64,000 nucleotides of DNA from Bacteroidales bacterium (GTDB lineage Bacteria; Bacteroidota; Bacteroidia; Bacteroidales; WCHB1-69). Positions 47,069 through 57,767 of the stretch are shown here, one piece after another. Where the stretch lies: NCBI GenBank assembly GCA_016288655.1, contig JAEEKX010000045.1:980-64979 (forward strand), given 5' to 3'. The translations under genes and the position numbers were made by a program. The notes beneath the pieces were generated by a model that saw only the letters and a program-made list of their open reading frames with translations, had not been told where the DNA came from and ran no database searches. Positions within the stretch are counted from its first letter, which is position 1. Each line of letters starts with the position of its first letter.

Positions 47069-48088
47069 ATGAAGAAAGGAATATACACGATATTGCTCGC
47101 CTTGCTTGTCCTGCTTGGAGGATGCTCCCGGAAGGTGGAAAGCAGGCGATTGATGCCGATACCTGTTGAGATACAGGTGATTGGCGAAAGCATGGAGTCC
47201 GCGTCGCAGAATTATGTGGGCATGGTGGAGGCAAACTCCTCCACATCCCTCAGTTTCGCAGTGGCGGGCAACGTAACGCGCGTGTATGTGCGTGAAGGTC
47301 AGAAAGTTGCCGCAGGCACGTTGCTCGCGCAGGTCGATGAATCCACCTATCGCCAGAGTCACGATGCCGCCGTCGCCACCCTTCGGCAGGCGCAGGACGG
47401 CTACGACCGCCTCAAACAGTTGCACGACAAGGGCACCATCTCCGAAGTGCAGTGGGTGGAGATGGAGACGAAGTTGGCGCAGGCGGTCTCCACCGAGGCC
47501 ATCGCGCGCCGCAACCTTGAGAACTGCCAACTCACCGCGCCGTTTTCCGGCGTGGTCGGACAGGTGAATGTCGCCGAGGGGGCCAACGTTATGCCCGGCA
47601 TGACCGCCCTCACCCTGCTGCAAACCCATGGGATGCAGGTGACGGTGCCCATCCCGGAGAACCGCATCTCCGACATCCAGGTCGGCCAGCCCGCCCAGAT
47701 CACCGTCTCCGCACTGGACAACCGGACGTTTGACGGCAAGGTCGCCAGCAAGGGCGTCGTCGCCAACCCGCTGTCGCACAACTATGACATCACCATCCCG
47801 CTCCCCAACGCCGATGCCTCGCTGATGCCCGGCATGGTCTGCAGTGTCAGTCTGCCCTCTGCCGATACGGCACAGATCATCGTCCTGCCCAACCGCGTGG
47901 TGAAGATGGAGAACGGCCAGCATTTCGTCTGGATGGCCAGCAACGGCAAGGCGGTACGTCGCGCCGTCGTCACCGGCGGCCTCGCACAACGCGGCATCAT
48001 CATCACCGATGGACTGCAACCCGGCGACTCCGTCATTGTCAACGGTGAACAAAAAGTGAGTACAGGTTCTTCTATCACAATTAGATAG
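47069..48088 (+). CDS. RND efflux periplasmic adaptor (MFP) lipoprotein
   Basis: It has the lipobox 'LLGGC' and 'LTAPFSGVVGQVNV', and it sits directly upstream of the RND pump. Confidence 0.85.
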   Translation: MKKGIYTILLALLVLLGGCSRKVESRRLMPIPVEIQVIGESMESASQNYVGMVEANSSTSLSFAVAGNVTRVYVREGQKVAAGTLLAQVDESTYRQSHDAAVATLRQAQDGYDRLKQLHDKGTISEVQWVEMETKLAQAVSTEAIARRNLENCQLTAPFSGVVGQVNVAEGANVMPGMTALTLLQTHGMQVTVPIPENRISDIQVGQPAQITVSALDNRTFDGKVASKGVVANPLSHNYDITIPLPNADASLMPGMVCSVSLPSADTAQIIVLPNRVVKMENGQHFVWMASNGKAVRRAVVTGGLAQRGIIITDGLQPGDSVIVNGEQKVSTGSSITIR

Positions 48089-48090
48089 CT

Positions 48091-51000
48091 ATGGCAAAGT
48101 CGGTGGTTAGAAGCGCGGTCGAGTTCTCTGTCAAGCACAAGTCCATCATCATCCTGATTGTGGTGTTCATGGTGGCCTTCGGCATCTATGCCCTCGTCAA
48201 GATGCCTAAGCAGGAATTTCCGCAACTATCTATCCGACAGGGACTTGTCGTGGGTGTCTATCCCGGCGCCACATCCGATCAAGTGGAAGAACAGTTGACG
48301 AAGCCGCTGGAAGAGTTCCTTTTCAGTTATAAGGAAGTCAACAAATCCATGACCTACTCCGTCACCTCCGACGGCATGGTCGTGGTATATGTTCAACTTT
48401 CGGACGACCCTTCCGCGGATGCCGAATTTTGGTCGAAGTTCCGACTGGATGCCGACAATTTCAAACGCTCCCTACCCAGCGGTGTGGCTGGGATCTTCAC
48501 CAGCAACGACTTTGGGAGCACTTCGGCCCTCCTCATCTCGATTGAATCCAAAGAGAAGACCTATCGGGAGTTGGAAGGTTATCTGACGGAGTTGGAGAGC
48601 CGCCTGCGAACCATTCCGTCGGTATCCAACCTTCGACGCTATGGCCTTCAGAAAGAGCAGATTACCGTTTATGTGGATAAACAGAAATTGGTCCGTTACG
48701 GCATCGATGCCACCATGTTGTCGAGTGCCCTTTTCGCCCAGAATTTCACCACCATCAGCGGCAGTTTTGAAGATGATGAGCACTTGGCGCCCATCCATGT
48801 TTCTGAAACATACGAGTCGGAAAACGATGTGGCTGAGCAGATTGTGTATGTCGATCCGAGCGGGAGTGTGGTGCGGCTGAAGGACATCGCCCGCATTGAG
48901 CGCGAGTACCCGCGTCCCACCAGTTATATCGCCAATGGGGACAAGAAATGCGTCATGCTTTCCATCGAGATGTTGGATGGTAATAATATTGTAGAGTATG
49001 GCAAGGCCGTCCGTGGGGTGCTGGACGAGTTCGAGGAGACGCTGCCGCCCGAGGTGACCGTCTTCCGTGTCGCCGACCAGGCGGAGGTGGTGTCGCACTC
49101 GGTCAACATGTTCATGCGCGAAATGCTCATCGCCATCATCACGGTCATCTTGGTGATTCTGCTGATGCAACCCCTGCGTGTGGCGAGTATTTCCGCTATG
49201 ACGATACCTATTACTATGTTTATCTCGCTGGGTATCATGTATTTGGCTGGATTTGAAATCAATACTGTCACCTTGGCGGGATTGCTTGTCGTGTTGGGAA
49301 TCATTGTGGATGACTCCGTGGTGGTCATCGACAATTACGTGGAAAAACTGGATCATGGTGTGCCGCGTTTGGAAGCCACCTTATCCAGTGGTACAGAGTT
49401 ATTTAAGTCGGTCGTTTCGGCTACATTGGCCATCACGATTACCTTCTATCCGCTGCTATATACCTGCACTGGCATCTTCGGCGAGTTCCTATCTTCTTTC
49501 CCAGGGACCATTACCATCACGCTGTTCACTTCATTGCTGGTGGCTCTGCTGTTCATCCCTTTCGTGCAGTTGGCTTTCATCAAAACGGGATTCAAAAAAA
49601 GTTCGAACCGCCGTTTCAATCTCAATATCCCTGACTTCATCCAGCGGCTGTTCGACAAGGTGATTACCCTGGCGTTCCGTTTCCCCAAGCTCACGATTTT
49701 GGGGGCGGTGCTGGCCGTGGCCATCGGATGTCTCGTATTTCTGCATATCCCGCAGCGCATGATGCCCTTCACCGAACGCAACCAGTTCGTGGTGGAGATC
49801 TACCTGCCCAACAGTTCGCCGCTGTCCCGCACCGAACGCGTCTGCGATTCGGTGGCCAACATCCTGCGCCGCGACAAGCGCATCACCAATGTCACCGCCT
49901 TCGTCGGCAGTTCCGCGCCGCGCTTCCACATGTGCTACGCGCCGAAATTCCCCTCCAAACACTATGCGCAACTGATTGTCACGACCACTTCCGAGCGGAT
50001 GACCAACACCCTGCTTGATGAGTATGAGGACAAGTATATCAACTACTTCCCGGATGCTTATGTGCGGTTCAAACAGTTGGACTATGTGGTGACGGCTTTC
50101 CCGATCGAGTTCGACGTGAGTGGCGATGACCGGCAGAAGGTGGATGCCACCGCCGATAAGATTGCCGCTCAGTTGCGCCAACGCGACGATCTGCTGATGG
50201 TGACCACCACGCGCGATGAGTTGACATCGGGTATCTATGTCGATGTCAACAATTTGGAAGCCAATCGACTGGGGGTGACCAAGCCGGCCATCATGACCAA
50301 TCTGGCCTTCGACTATGGCGACGGACTTCCGATGACAACCTTGTGGGAAGATGATTATCCGGTGAAGGTGGTGTTGAAATCCGACCGAAACACCACGGGG
50401 AATTTCCAGAATATTTCTGATGAATATATCTCCTCATTAACAGGCAACTCCGTGCCGCTGAGACAGATAGCGAATGTATGCGATGACTATTCCTCTGGAC
50501 AGATCTACCATAAAAACGGCATATACACGGTTACGGTGCAGGCGGATGTGAAGCGCAATGTCAATGTCACCGGCACGACGAAGAAAATCGACAAGAGTCT
50601 GGCCCAGATGGAGATCCCCGATGGGGTGACGACCAAGTGGGGTGGCGCCAGAATGCAGGATGATGTTTTGATGCCGCAGATTTTCAACGGCTTGATCTTC
50701 GCGGTGTTGGTCATCTTTGTGATTCTGGTCTTCCATTTCCGCAGTCTCAAGTTGGCGCTGCTCATTTTGGGGGCGACCTCGCTGGCCATCTTCGGCGCCA
50801 CGCTGGGAATCCAACTCACCGGCATGGAGTTCACGCTCACCTCGGTGTTGGGGTTGGTGGCGTTGATGGGCATCATCGTCCGCAATGGCATCATCATGTA
50901 CGACTATGCCGAAACCTTACGTTTGAAGGGTGGGCATTCCGCTCACGATGCGGCTTTGGAGGCGGGCAAGCGCAGAATGCGTCCTATCTTCCTTACCAGT

Positions 51001-51204
51001 GCCGCTGCTTCCATGGGTGTTGTCCCTATGATCATCAGCCACAGCGCGTTATGGTCTCCCATGGGTGTCGTCATCTGCTTCGGTACGTGGATCTCCATGG
51101 TCTTCGTTGTCACGGTGCTGCCGGTCCTGTACTGGCTGGCCAACCGCCGCGACGACCATCTGCACCAGCCCGAAGAGAAGGAAGCCGAAATCTCCGAAAA
51201 ATAG
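48091..51204 (+). CDS. RND efflux permease (AcrB/HAE1-like)
   Basis: 1037 aa with a 12-TM, two-large-loop layout and 'GIIVDDSVVVIDN'. Confidence 0.9.
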   Translation: MAKSVVRSAVEFSVKHKSIIILIVVFMVAFGIYALVKMPKQEFPQLSIRQGLVVGVYPGATSDQVEEQLTKPLEEFLFSYKEVNKSMTYSVTSDGMVVVYVQLSDDPSADAEFWSKFRLDADNFKRSLPSGVAGIFTSNDFGSTSALLISIESKEKTYRELEGYLTELESRLRTIPSVSNLRRYGLQKEQITVYVDKQKLVRYGIDATMLSSALFAQNFTTISGSFEDDEHLAPIHVSETYESENDVAEQIVYVDPSGSVVRLKDIARIEREYPRPTSYIANGDKKCVMLSIEMLDGNNIVEYGKAVRGVLDEFEETLPPEVTVFRVADQAEVVSHSVNMFMREMLIAIITVILVILLMQPLRVASISAMTIPITMFISLGIMYLAGFEINTVTLAGLLVVLGIIVDDSVVVIDNYVEKLDHGVPRLEATLSSGTELFKSVVSATLAITITFYPLLYTCTGIFGEFLSSFPGTITITLFTSLLVALLFIPFVQLAFIKTGFKKSSNRRFNLNIPDFIQRLFDKVITLAFRFPKLTILGAVLAVAIGCLVFLHIPQRMMPFTERNQFVVEIYLPNSSPLSRTERVCDSVANILRRDKRITNVTAFVGSSAPRFHMCYAPKFPSKHYAQLIVTTTSERMTNTLLDEYEDKYINYFPDAYVRFKQLDYVVTAFPIEFDVSGDDRQKVDATADKIAAQLRQRDDLLMVTTTRDELTSGIYVDVNNLEANRLGVTKPAIMTNLAFDYGDGLPMTTLWEDDYPVKVVLKSDRNTTGNFQNISDEYISSLTGNSVPLRQIANVCDDYSSGQIYHKNGIYTVTVQADVKRNVNVTGTTKKIDKSLAQMEIPDGVTTKWGGARMQDDVLMPQIFNGLIFAVLVIFVILVFHFRSLKLALLILGATSLAIFGATLGIQLTGMEFTLTSVLGLVALMGIIVRNGIIMYDYAETLRLKGGHSAHDAALEAGKRRMRPIFLTSAAASMGVVPMIISHSALWSPMGVVICFGTWISMVFVVTVLPVLYWLANRRDDHLHQPEEKEAEISEK

Positions 51205-51232
51205 TCGCCAGACTCTGAAATTTCTTTTCGTA

Positions 51233-51286
51233 GTTGATAAATTGATTTGTAATAATTTGTAAATCAATTGTTTAATAAATATCAAC
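51233..51286. repeat. Nested AT-rich inverted repeats downstream of the RND gene (terminator-like hairpin)
   Basis: The outer arms are GTTGATA (51233-51239) and TATCAAC (51280-51286). The inner arms are AATTGATTT (51240-51248) and AAATCAATT (51261-51269). Confidence 0.5.
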
Positions 51287-51314
51287 AATGTAAGGAAACG
51301 CATTTCCACTACTA

Positions 51315-51322
51315 TATATTTG
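51315..51322 (+). promoter_or_regulatory. Bacteroidota sigma-A -7 box (TAnnTTTG)
   Basis: TATATTTG lies 30 nt upstream of the ATG at 51352. Confidence 0.5.
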
Positions 51323-51351
51323 CAGCATAAAAACAACTACAATTGCTGATC

Positions 51352-52623
51352 ATGAATGAGATGTTGCTGCACTATTTTTGGAAAAACAAGATGTTCTCGG
51401 TGACGGAGTTGGAGACGACGGAGCATCGGGCGTTGCGATTGGTGAAGGTGGGCCACGCACACCGCGATGCGGGTCCGGACTTCAAGCAGGCGGTTATCCG
51501 GATCGACGGTATCACGTGGGTGGGTGATGTCGAGATCCACGTCCGCACGTCCGACTGGCTCCGGCACGGGCACCAGCATGACAAGAAGTACCAGAGTGTG
51601 ATCCTGCATGTGGTGTATGAGGATGATGTGGAGCTGGGCGGCAACTTCCCGACGTTGGAACTGCGTCGCTACATCCCGCCCTCGATGGTGGAGGAGTACG
51701 AGCAGATGTCGTGCAGCAGCGACCTTCTGCCGTGCCGCGGCATCCTGCCGGAGGTGACAGGCCTGCAGTTCGCGGAATGGCTGACGCGGCTGGCTTTCGG
51801 TCGGCTGGAGCGACGGCGGGAGGAGGTGCTCGCCGAATTGCACGCGTGCCACGAGAGTTGGCAGGAGACCGCCTTCCGCCGATTGGTGGGCGGCTTCGGA
51901 TTCCGTACAAACGCCCCTGCCTTCGAACTGCTTGCCAAGAGTCTGCCTTACAAGTACTTGCTCAAACACAAGGACTCGCGGCTACAGGTGTATTCCCTCG
52001 TCTTCGGACAGGCCGGCATGTTGGAGCAGCCGCCCGATGAGGGTGATGCGTACTGCTGTTCCCTGCGCGACGAGTACAATTACCTACGGTACAAGTACGG
52101 ACTGGTCCCCATCCCGGTGGAGACGTGGAACCTGCTGCGCTTGCGCCCGCAGAACTTCCCTTGCGTGCGGCTCGCCCAGTTGAGCGAATGCCTCTACCGC
52201 ATCCCCGACATCATCGAGCATTTGCTGACGGACGACGGGCTGGAGGTGCTGTCCGACCTCCCCGGATTCGAGCCGCACGACTATTGGAAGACCCATCTCC
52301 ACTTCGGGCGCGCCAGTCCGAGCCACCACTGCATGATTGGTACTGCCGCTTTTGGACTGTTGGTCATCAACGTGGTGGTGCCCGTGCGGTTGGCCTATGC
52401 CGCCTTTCGGGGCGACGAGGCCGCCTCCGAGCGGGCGCTGGCGTTGCTGGAAGAGGCCGCCTTTGAGCGCAACAGCATCACCCGGCAGTATGTCGCCGCC
52501 GGGTTCCCTGATGCGAATGCCCTATACTCGCAGGCGATCCTTGAACTCTACCGCCACTACTGCACCCGCAAGCGCTGCGCCTACTGCGACATCGGATGCC
52601 TCATCCTCCGCCGGTGCCAATAG
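51352..52623 (+). CDS. DUF2851-family protein
   Basis: It begins 'LLHYFWKNKMF' and contains 'GPDFKQAVIRIDGITWVGDVEIHVRTSDWLRHGH'. The C-terminal Cys cluster is 'CTRKRCAYCDIGC'. Confidence 0.7.
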   Translation: MNEMLLHYFWKNKMFSVTELETTEHRALRLVKVGHAHRDAGPDFKQAVIRIDGITWVGDVEIHVRTSDWLRHGHQHDKKYQSVILHVVYEDDVELGGNFPTLELRRYIPPSMVEEYEQMSCSSDLLPCRGILPEVTGLQFAEWLTRLAFGRLERRREEVLAELHACHESWQETAFRRLVGGFGFRTNAPAFELLAKSLPYKYLLKHKDSRLQVYSLVFGQAGMLEQPPDEGDAYCCSLRDEYNYLRYKYGLVPIPVETWNLLRLRPQNFPCVRLAQLSECLYRIPDIIEHLLTDDGLEVLSDLPGFEPHDYWKTHLHFGRASPSHHCMIGTAAFGLLVINVVVPVRLAYAAFRGDEAASERALALLEEAAFERNSITRQYVAAGFPDANALYSQAILELYRHYCTRKRCAYCDIGCLILRRCQ

Positions 52624-52741
52624 CCATTTCCTGAGGTGTAGATGCTGTTCCTGCGACCGCAAAATACGTCAGCGTGTGCGGAAATGGTACGGTTGGGACT
52701 GAAAGGAAAGTGTTGGTCTGCGAATGCAATACAGGGGCAAA

Positions 52742-54187
52742 CTATTGGGTGACAGGTGCATCGACTTCTCTCCGCGTCCTCACGTTCAGCACCACGATCA
52801 GCGCGAATAGCCCCCAGAAGGGCAACGAGAGTTTGTCGGTGTCGAGGAAGTTGTTCATAGTGCCGTGGATGTAGTAGGTGATCAACGCCAGGGTGGCCGC
52901 CAGCGACAGCCGCCGCACCGTCGGGTCGCTGCTGTGACGGTAGGTGTTCAGCCCATAGTAGAGGACCAGCACCATCATCGCCAAGACTGTCGCCAACCCC
53001 ACGAAGCCGGTCTCCGCCGTGGGACCGATGTACTCGCTGTGGGCGTTGCCGCCGTCACCGAAGTCGGTAGAGATGATCGTCTGGTAGCGGTAGTCCTGGA
53101 ACGGAGCGTAGCAGAACTGGTAACACCCGGGCCCCCAGCCGAACAGCGGCCGCTCCTCGATCATCGCGAACGCCGAGTTCCAGCGGTTCAGACGCTCCAC
53201 ATTCGACGCGTCGGTGCTGATGTTCGAGATCGACTGCAGGTGGTCGGCCAGACTCTTCGTCGAGGAGTCCTGACTGTTTCGCGACATCGAGTAGAGGATG
53301 TCATCCGCAAAGGTGAACAACAGGCCGCCGATGATCACCACGCCCGCCGCCAGCCAACGGAACTTGATGCGCAACTTCACCACGCACCATACACCGATGG
53401 CACCGATCATGCTCAACCAAGCGGCGCGGCTGAAGGAGAGGTAGAAACCGCCTAAAAAGATCAGCAGCATCGTGGCGTAGAGGACCTTCATGCCCTTGCG
53501 TTGCTGCGGGAGGAAAAAGAAGCCCACGACGACCGGGATGAACAACGCCAGGATCGCCCCGTAGGCCGTGTGGTCGTTGTAGAACGGCGACATGATCCAG
53601 TGCGCGATGTGGTCGCCGAAGCCCGCCGCCGCATGCCTGATGGTGGTGATCACCACCACGCACGCCAACGAGACGGCATAACAGTTGAAATAGGTCACCC
53701 ACTTCTTGATGTCCTTGTCTATCAGGTGGATAACCATGAAATAGGAAGAACAGATGAACCAGATCTTCGAAGCCCAGAACTTGAACGACACCAACGGAAT
53801 CTCGCTCGTGATGCAACAGATGAACATCCACAGCAGATAGGCGAGAATGGCGATGGTGAGGGGATGCCTCACGATCTCCCGCTTCAACCGAAGGTCGTAA
53901 CAGATGCGCGCCAAAAACAGCAAGGTGAGCGCAATCATCAGTATCTCAGCGGGAAACGACAAGCTCAACTGCACCTTCTCGTTCTCCAATACGATGGAAA
54001 ACGGTGTGCTCAATGCCATGAGGTACATCGCCAGGTCAACCCGGAAAATGAGCAGGTAGGCGACGATGGCCACCAACGACAGGATAGGCACGAACAAGAA
54101 CTCTCGGTATATTGCCCATGCATTGAGCAATATGAAGAGGATCATTCCTCCGATCAACCACCACTTGCCGTACTTCTTCCAGTCCAT
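52742..54187 (-). CDS. O-antigen ligase/polymerase family membrane protein (Wzy_C)
   Basis: It is a 481-aa polytopic protein with 'SFSRAAWLSMIGA', typical of the Wzy_C loop region. Confidence 0.7.
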   Translation of the reverse strand: MDWKKYGKWWLIGGMILFILLNAWAIYREFLFVPILSLVAIVAYLLIFRVDLAMYLMALSTPFSIVLENEKVQLSLSFPAEILMIALTLLFLARICYDLRLKREIVRHPLTIAILAYLLWMFICCITSEIPLVSFKFWASKIWFICSSYFMVIHLIDKDIKKWVTYFNCYAVSLACVVVITTIRHAAAGFGDHIAHWIMSPFYNDHTAYGAILALFIPVVVGFFFLPQQRKGMKVLYATMLLIFLGGFYLSFSRAAWLSMIGAIGVWCVVKLRIKFRWLAAGVVIIGGLLFTFADDILYSMSRNSQDSSTKSLADHLQSISNISTDASNVERLNRWNSAFAMIEERPLFGWGPGCYQFCYAPFQDYRYQTIISTDFGDGGNAHSEYIGPTAETGFVGLATVLAMMVLVLYYGLNTYRHSSDPTVRRLSLAATLALITYYIHGTMNNFLDTDKLSLPFWGLFALIVVLNVRTRREVDAPVTQ

Positions 54188-54199
54188 GCGGCAGCGCGG

Positions 54200-55273
54200 T
54201 TATTCGGCGTTCGGTTGGTCTTTTTCCGCTGGAGCGGCATCGGCTTCGCTGGATTTCTCCTGTCCTTTCGCCGGCATTCCCTTCAAGTTCTCGATGACCA
54301 GAAGTATGATGATGGTCAGGATGAGTGCCGAGATGGCGGCGAAGACGGCGATGAGACTCTTCTTCGGGTAGCACTTCTTGTCGGCGACGATGGCGCGTTG
54401 CACCACGAACTTGGTGGGGATGTGGTTGTCCATATCCACCTTGGAGTCCATCATCTTCTGTTTTACTAACGACTGGTATTCGCGGAAACTATACTGCAGG
54501 TCGTGCAGGGCCTGGGCGCGTGGTCCCCAGATGGCCATCGTATCGAGCAGGGCCTGCAGGCGCTGCTGCGCGGCGGTGTTGCCCTCTTTCACGGCAATGG
54601 CCCACTGCTGCATCACCCTCTCCGACTGCGTCTCGAAATCGAAAACGCCGTGTTCCATGATCACACGGATGGAGTCATCCACGCGGTCGATTTCAGCATT
54701 TACATCCTCCAACTGCTTCTGCATCACTGCGTAAGCCGCCGCGGCACGGGCATTCTCCGTCTCCCACTTCAAGGTGTCGAGCATGTTCACCACGTCGTTG
54801 GCGATGGCGCAGGCCAACTGGGGATCCCGGTCCTCGAAGGTGATGGAGATGGCGCCGTACTTCGTGCGCTTGATGTCCAAACTCTTCTCCATGTTCTCGT
54901 ACAACTTCGTCTGCCAGTACTTGCGCGCGGTGTCGATCTCGTAATGCTCGCGCATGTGGTACTTGCGGATGATCTTGTCAAGCAACTCCCGCGAAGAGAG
55001 CAACTCCATCATCTGCTCCGTCTCTTCCTCGATGGCGTAGGCCTTGATGTCCATGCGCTCGTTGTTCGTCTCTTCGGCCAACAGGATCTTGGAGATCGAG
55101 TTGGTGCGCGGCGCAAACACCACCGCCGTCGATTTGTAATGCGGCTTGATGAAACTGGCGCATACGAAGGCCACCACGCCCGCCACCACGGTGATGATTG
55201 TCAGGAGTTTCCAATGGGATGCGATGAAGCGGATGAAATTGAAAGAACTGTATTCGTTGTCCGAATTCTTCAT
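54200..55273 (-). CDS. Wzz/GNVR-type polysaccharide chain-length determinant protein
   Basis: It has an N-terminal transmembrane helix, a long coiled periplasmic region and a C-terminal transmembrane helix, and it is adjacent to the Wzy_C protein. Confidence 0.65.
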   Translation of the reverse strand: MKNSDNEYSSFNFIRFIASHWKLLTIITVVAGVVAFVCASFIKPHYKSTAVVFAPRTNSISKILLAEETNNERMDIKAYAIEEETEQMMELLSSRELLDKIIRKYHMREHYEIDTARKYWQTKLYENMEKSLDIKRTKYGAISITFEDRDPQLACAIANDVVNMLDTLKWETENARAAAAYAVMQKQLEDVNAEIDRVDDSIRVIMEHGVFDFETQSERVMQQWAIAVKEGNTAAQQRLQALLDTMAIWGPRAQALHDLQYSFREYQSLVKQKMMDSKVDMDNHIPTKFVVQRAIVADKKCYPKKSLIAVFAAISALILTIIILLVIENLKGMPAKGQEKSSEADAAPAEKDQPNAE

Positions 55274-55360
55274 TATAAAATGGTTAAGATTTCTAAGAAA
55301 TGACTGTCACACAAACGTCGGAAACGGGCTTTTATTGCATCTGCGGAAAGATCGCGGGAC

Positions 55361-55975
55361 TCAATATTCGCCCAACGTCTGTCGGATCTTGCTGGTCAAT
55401 ATGTCGATGCCCTTCACATTCTCGCCGCCGATGGGGATAATGATGTCGGCCAACTGTTTCGACGGCTCGATGAACGACTCGTGCATCGGCTTGACGTATT
55501 TCTGGTAATGCCGGATCGACTTGTCAAGCCCGCGACCGCGCTCGTTCACGTCGCGCTGGATGATGCGGATAAGCCGCTCGTCGGCACTGGTATCTACAAA
55601 TACTTTCAAATCAAGTATTTGCGCTAACTCTGGGTCGGTGAAAATCAGGATGCCCTCCACAATCAACACCTTCGCCGGCGTCACCGGGATGGTCTCCTTC
55701 CCGCGACGGCACGTCACATACGAGTATGTCGGCATCTCGATGCTGCCCCCCTGTTTCAATATGTTGATGTGCTCCACCAGCAGCGGCCACTCGATCGCCG
55801 ACGGGTGGTCGAAGTTGATAGCCTCGCGCTGCTCCTGCGTTAACTCGCCGTTGTCACGGTAGTAAGCGTCCTGCGACAGCACACTAACCTTGTCCTGCGG
55901 CAGCGACTCTATGATTTTTTTTACAACGGAGGTCTTCCCTGACCCCGAACCTCCTGCTATACCGATAACTAACAT
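55361..55975 (-). CDS. udk: Uridine kinase
   Basis: It has the P-loop 'GIAGGSGSGKTS', 'NFDHPSAIEW' and 'ILIVEGIL'. Confidence 0.9.
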   Translation of the reverse strand: MLVIGIAGGSGSGKTSVVKKIIESLPQDKVSVLSQDAYYRDNGELTQEQREAINFDHPSAIEWPLLVEHINILKQGGSIEMPTYSYVTCRRGKETIPVTPAKVLIVEGILIFTDPELAQILDLKVFVDTSADERLIRIIQRDVNERGRGLDKSIRHYQKYVKPMHESFIEPSKQLADIIIPIGGENVKGIDILTSKIRQTLGEY

Positions 55976-56002
55976 AGTTTAAATCTTTTGTTTTTGGAAG
56001 GG

Positions 56003-56010
56003 CAAAAATA
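56003..56010 (-). promoter_or_regulatory. Bacteroidota sigma-A -7 box (TAnnTTTG) on the minus strand
   Basis: TATTTTTG (minus strand) lies 28 nt upstream of the udk start. Confidence 0.5.
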
Positions 56011-56091
56011 GTGATTTTTATCAACATGTCATGCGTATCTCATAAAAATGTACACATTAACCTCTACCCATTTGGTTTTCCATTTTTATTG

Positions 56092-56099
56092 TATCTTTG
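56092..56099 (+). promoter_or_regulatory. Bacteroidota sigma-A -7 box (TAnnTTTG)
   Basis: TATCTTTG lies 28 nt upstream of the ATG at 56127. Confidence 0.55.
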
Positions 56100-56126
56100 C
56101 ATAGTTGAATTTTAATTTTTAAAATA

Positions 56127-57737
56127 ATGAATATCAAGAGATTATTTTTGATTTGCCTCTCTTTTCTCTGGATTTTGTGTTTGAATGCTCAGGAGTGGGA
56201 ATGGAACCTGAAAGGCGAGAACTGCACCTCCATCATGGTGGGGTGCAAGGCCAGCGCCGACGGCTCCGTCATCACCTCGCACACCTGCGACGGCATGTAC
56301 CGCACCTGGGTGAACTGGGAACCGGCCGCCGACCACAAGTCGGGTGCCATGCACGCCGTCTATAAAGGCACCATGCACACCGCCACGCCGGGCGACACCA
56401 CCGGGCTCAAGTTGGCCGGCCAGATTCCGGAGGCCCGCCACACCTACGCCTACCTCAACACCGCCTATCCCTGCCTGAACGAGAAACAGTTGGCTATGGG
56501 CGAGAGCACTTTCTCCGGTCCCGATGTGCTGGTGAACGAAAAAGGGATGTTCCTGATCGAAGAGTTGCAGCGCGTCGCCCTCCAGCGTTGCGACAACGCC
56601 CGCGACGCCATCAAACTCATCGGCGAGTTGGTCGCCAAGTACGGCTACGGCGACGGCGGCGAGTGCATCACCATCGCCGACAAGAAGGAGGTATGGCAGA
56701 TGGAGATCATGGGTGAAGGCCCCGACCAAATCGGCGGCATCTGGGCTGCCCAGCGCGTGCCCGACGACCAGGTCGCCGTCAGCTGCAACATCGCCCGCAT
56801 CGGCAAACTCTACCGCAACAACCCCGACTACTTCCTCTGCTCCGACAACATCGAGGCCGTGGCCAAGAAGTACGAACTGTGGGACGGCCAGGGCGAGTTT
56901 GTCTGGTGGCGCGCTTTCCAGTCGGACTATGCCGCCGGCAAGAACCACAGCGACCGCGAGTGGTACATCTTCAGCCAACTCGCCCCCAGCCAGACCTTCG
57001 ACCTCAACGCCGAGGCCCTTCCCTTCTCCATCAAACCCGACCAGCCCGTCTCTGCAGCCAAAGTCATGGAACTCTTCCGCGCCACCTATGAGGGCTGCCC
57101 CGAACTTGACCAACTTTCCAACTTATTGAATATCAAGGAGGTGAAAGATGAGGACGGCGCGGTGAAGTACGATACCTCCATCTCCGTCGTCGCCAACCCG
57201 TGGATGGGCGGCGCCGAACGCGCACTGTACAACTACCTCAAGCCCGGCACCGTGGAGTTCCACCGCGGTGTGGCCATGTCGTGGTGCTCCTACTCCACCA
57301 TCATCCAATGCCGCGCCTGGATGCCCGACGCCGTGGGCGGCGTCTGCTGGTTCTCGTTCGAAAACCCCGGCCAAAGCCCGCGCATTCCCATCTACGCCGG
57401 CGGAACCAAACTGCCCGCCGCTTTCGCCATCTGCGGCCACCACGGATGCAACGACGCGGCCGCCCTCTGGCAGTACCGCAAGGCCAACAAACTGGCCCAG
57501 GTGCGTTGGGGCAGCGTCAAGAAGATGTTCATGGACAACGTCCTCGAGATGGAAACCGAGATGTTCAAGACCGCCGAAGCCACCGAAGCTGCTGCCATCA
57601 CGCTCTACAGCAACGGAAAGGGCAAGAAGGCCGCCCCGCTCCTCGACGACGCGACCCAGAAGATGTACGAACAAACTTCCGCCACCTGGAAGTCCATGGA
57701 AAACAAACTCTGGCAGTATCTCTGGGGTGGTTTCTAA
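56127..57737 (+). CDS. C69-family dipeptidase
   Basis: It has a signal peptide followed by 'NCTSIMVGCKASADGSVITSHTCDG', which carries the N-terminal nucleophile Cys typical of C69. Confidence 0.8.
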   Translation: MNIKRLFLICLSFLWILCLNAQEWEWNLKGENCTSIMVGCKASADGSVITSHTCDGMYRTWVNWEPAADHKSGAMHAVYKGTMHTATPGDTTGLKLAGQIPEARHTYAYLNTAYPCLNEKQLAMGESTFSGPDVLVNEKGMFLIEELQRVALQRCDNARDAIKLIGELVAKYGYGDGGECITIADKKEVWQMEIMGEGPDQIGGIWAAQRVPDDQVAVSCNIARIGKLYRNNPDYFLCSDNIEAVAKKYELWDGQGEFVWWRAFQSDYAAGKNHSDREWYIFSQLAPSQTFDLNAEALPFSIKPDQPVSAAKVMELFRATYEGCPELDQLSNLLNIKEVKDEDGAVKYDTSISVVANPWMGGAERALYNYLKPGTVEFHRGVAMSWCSYSTIIQCRAWMPDAVGGVCWFSFENPGQSPRIPIYAGGTKLPAAFAICGHHGCNDAAALWQYRKANKLAQVRWGSVKKMFMDNVLEMETEMFKTAEATEAAAITLYSNGKGKKAAPLLDDATQKMYEQTSATWKSMENKLWQYLWGGF

Positions 57738-57767
57738 TAACTGAAAATCAAGTAGATACAAATCAAC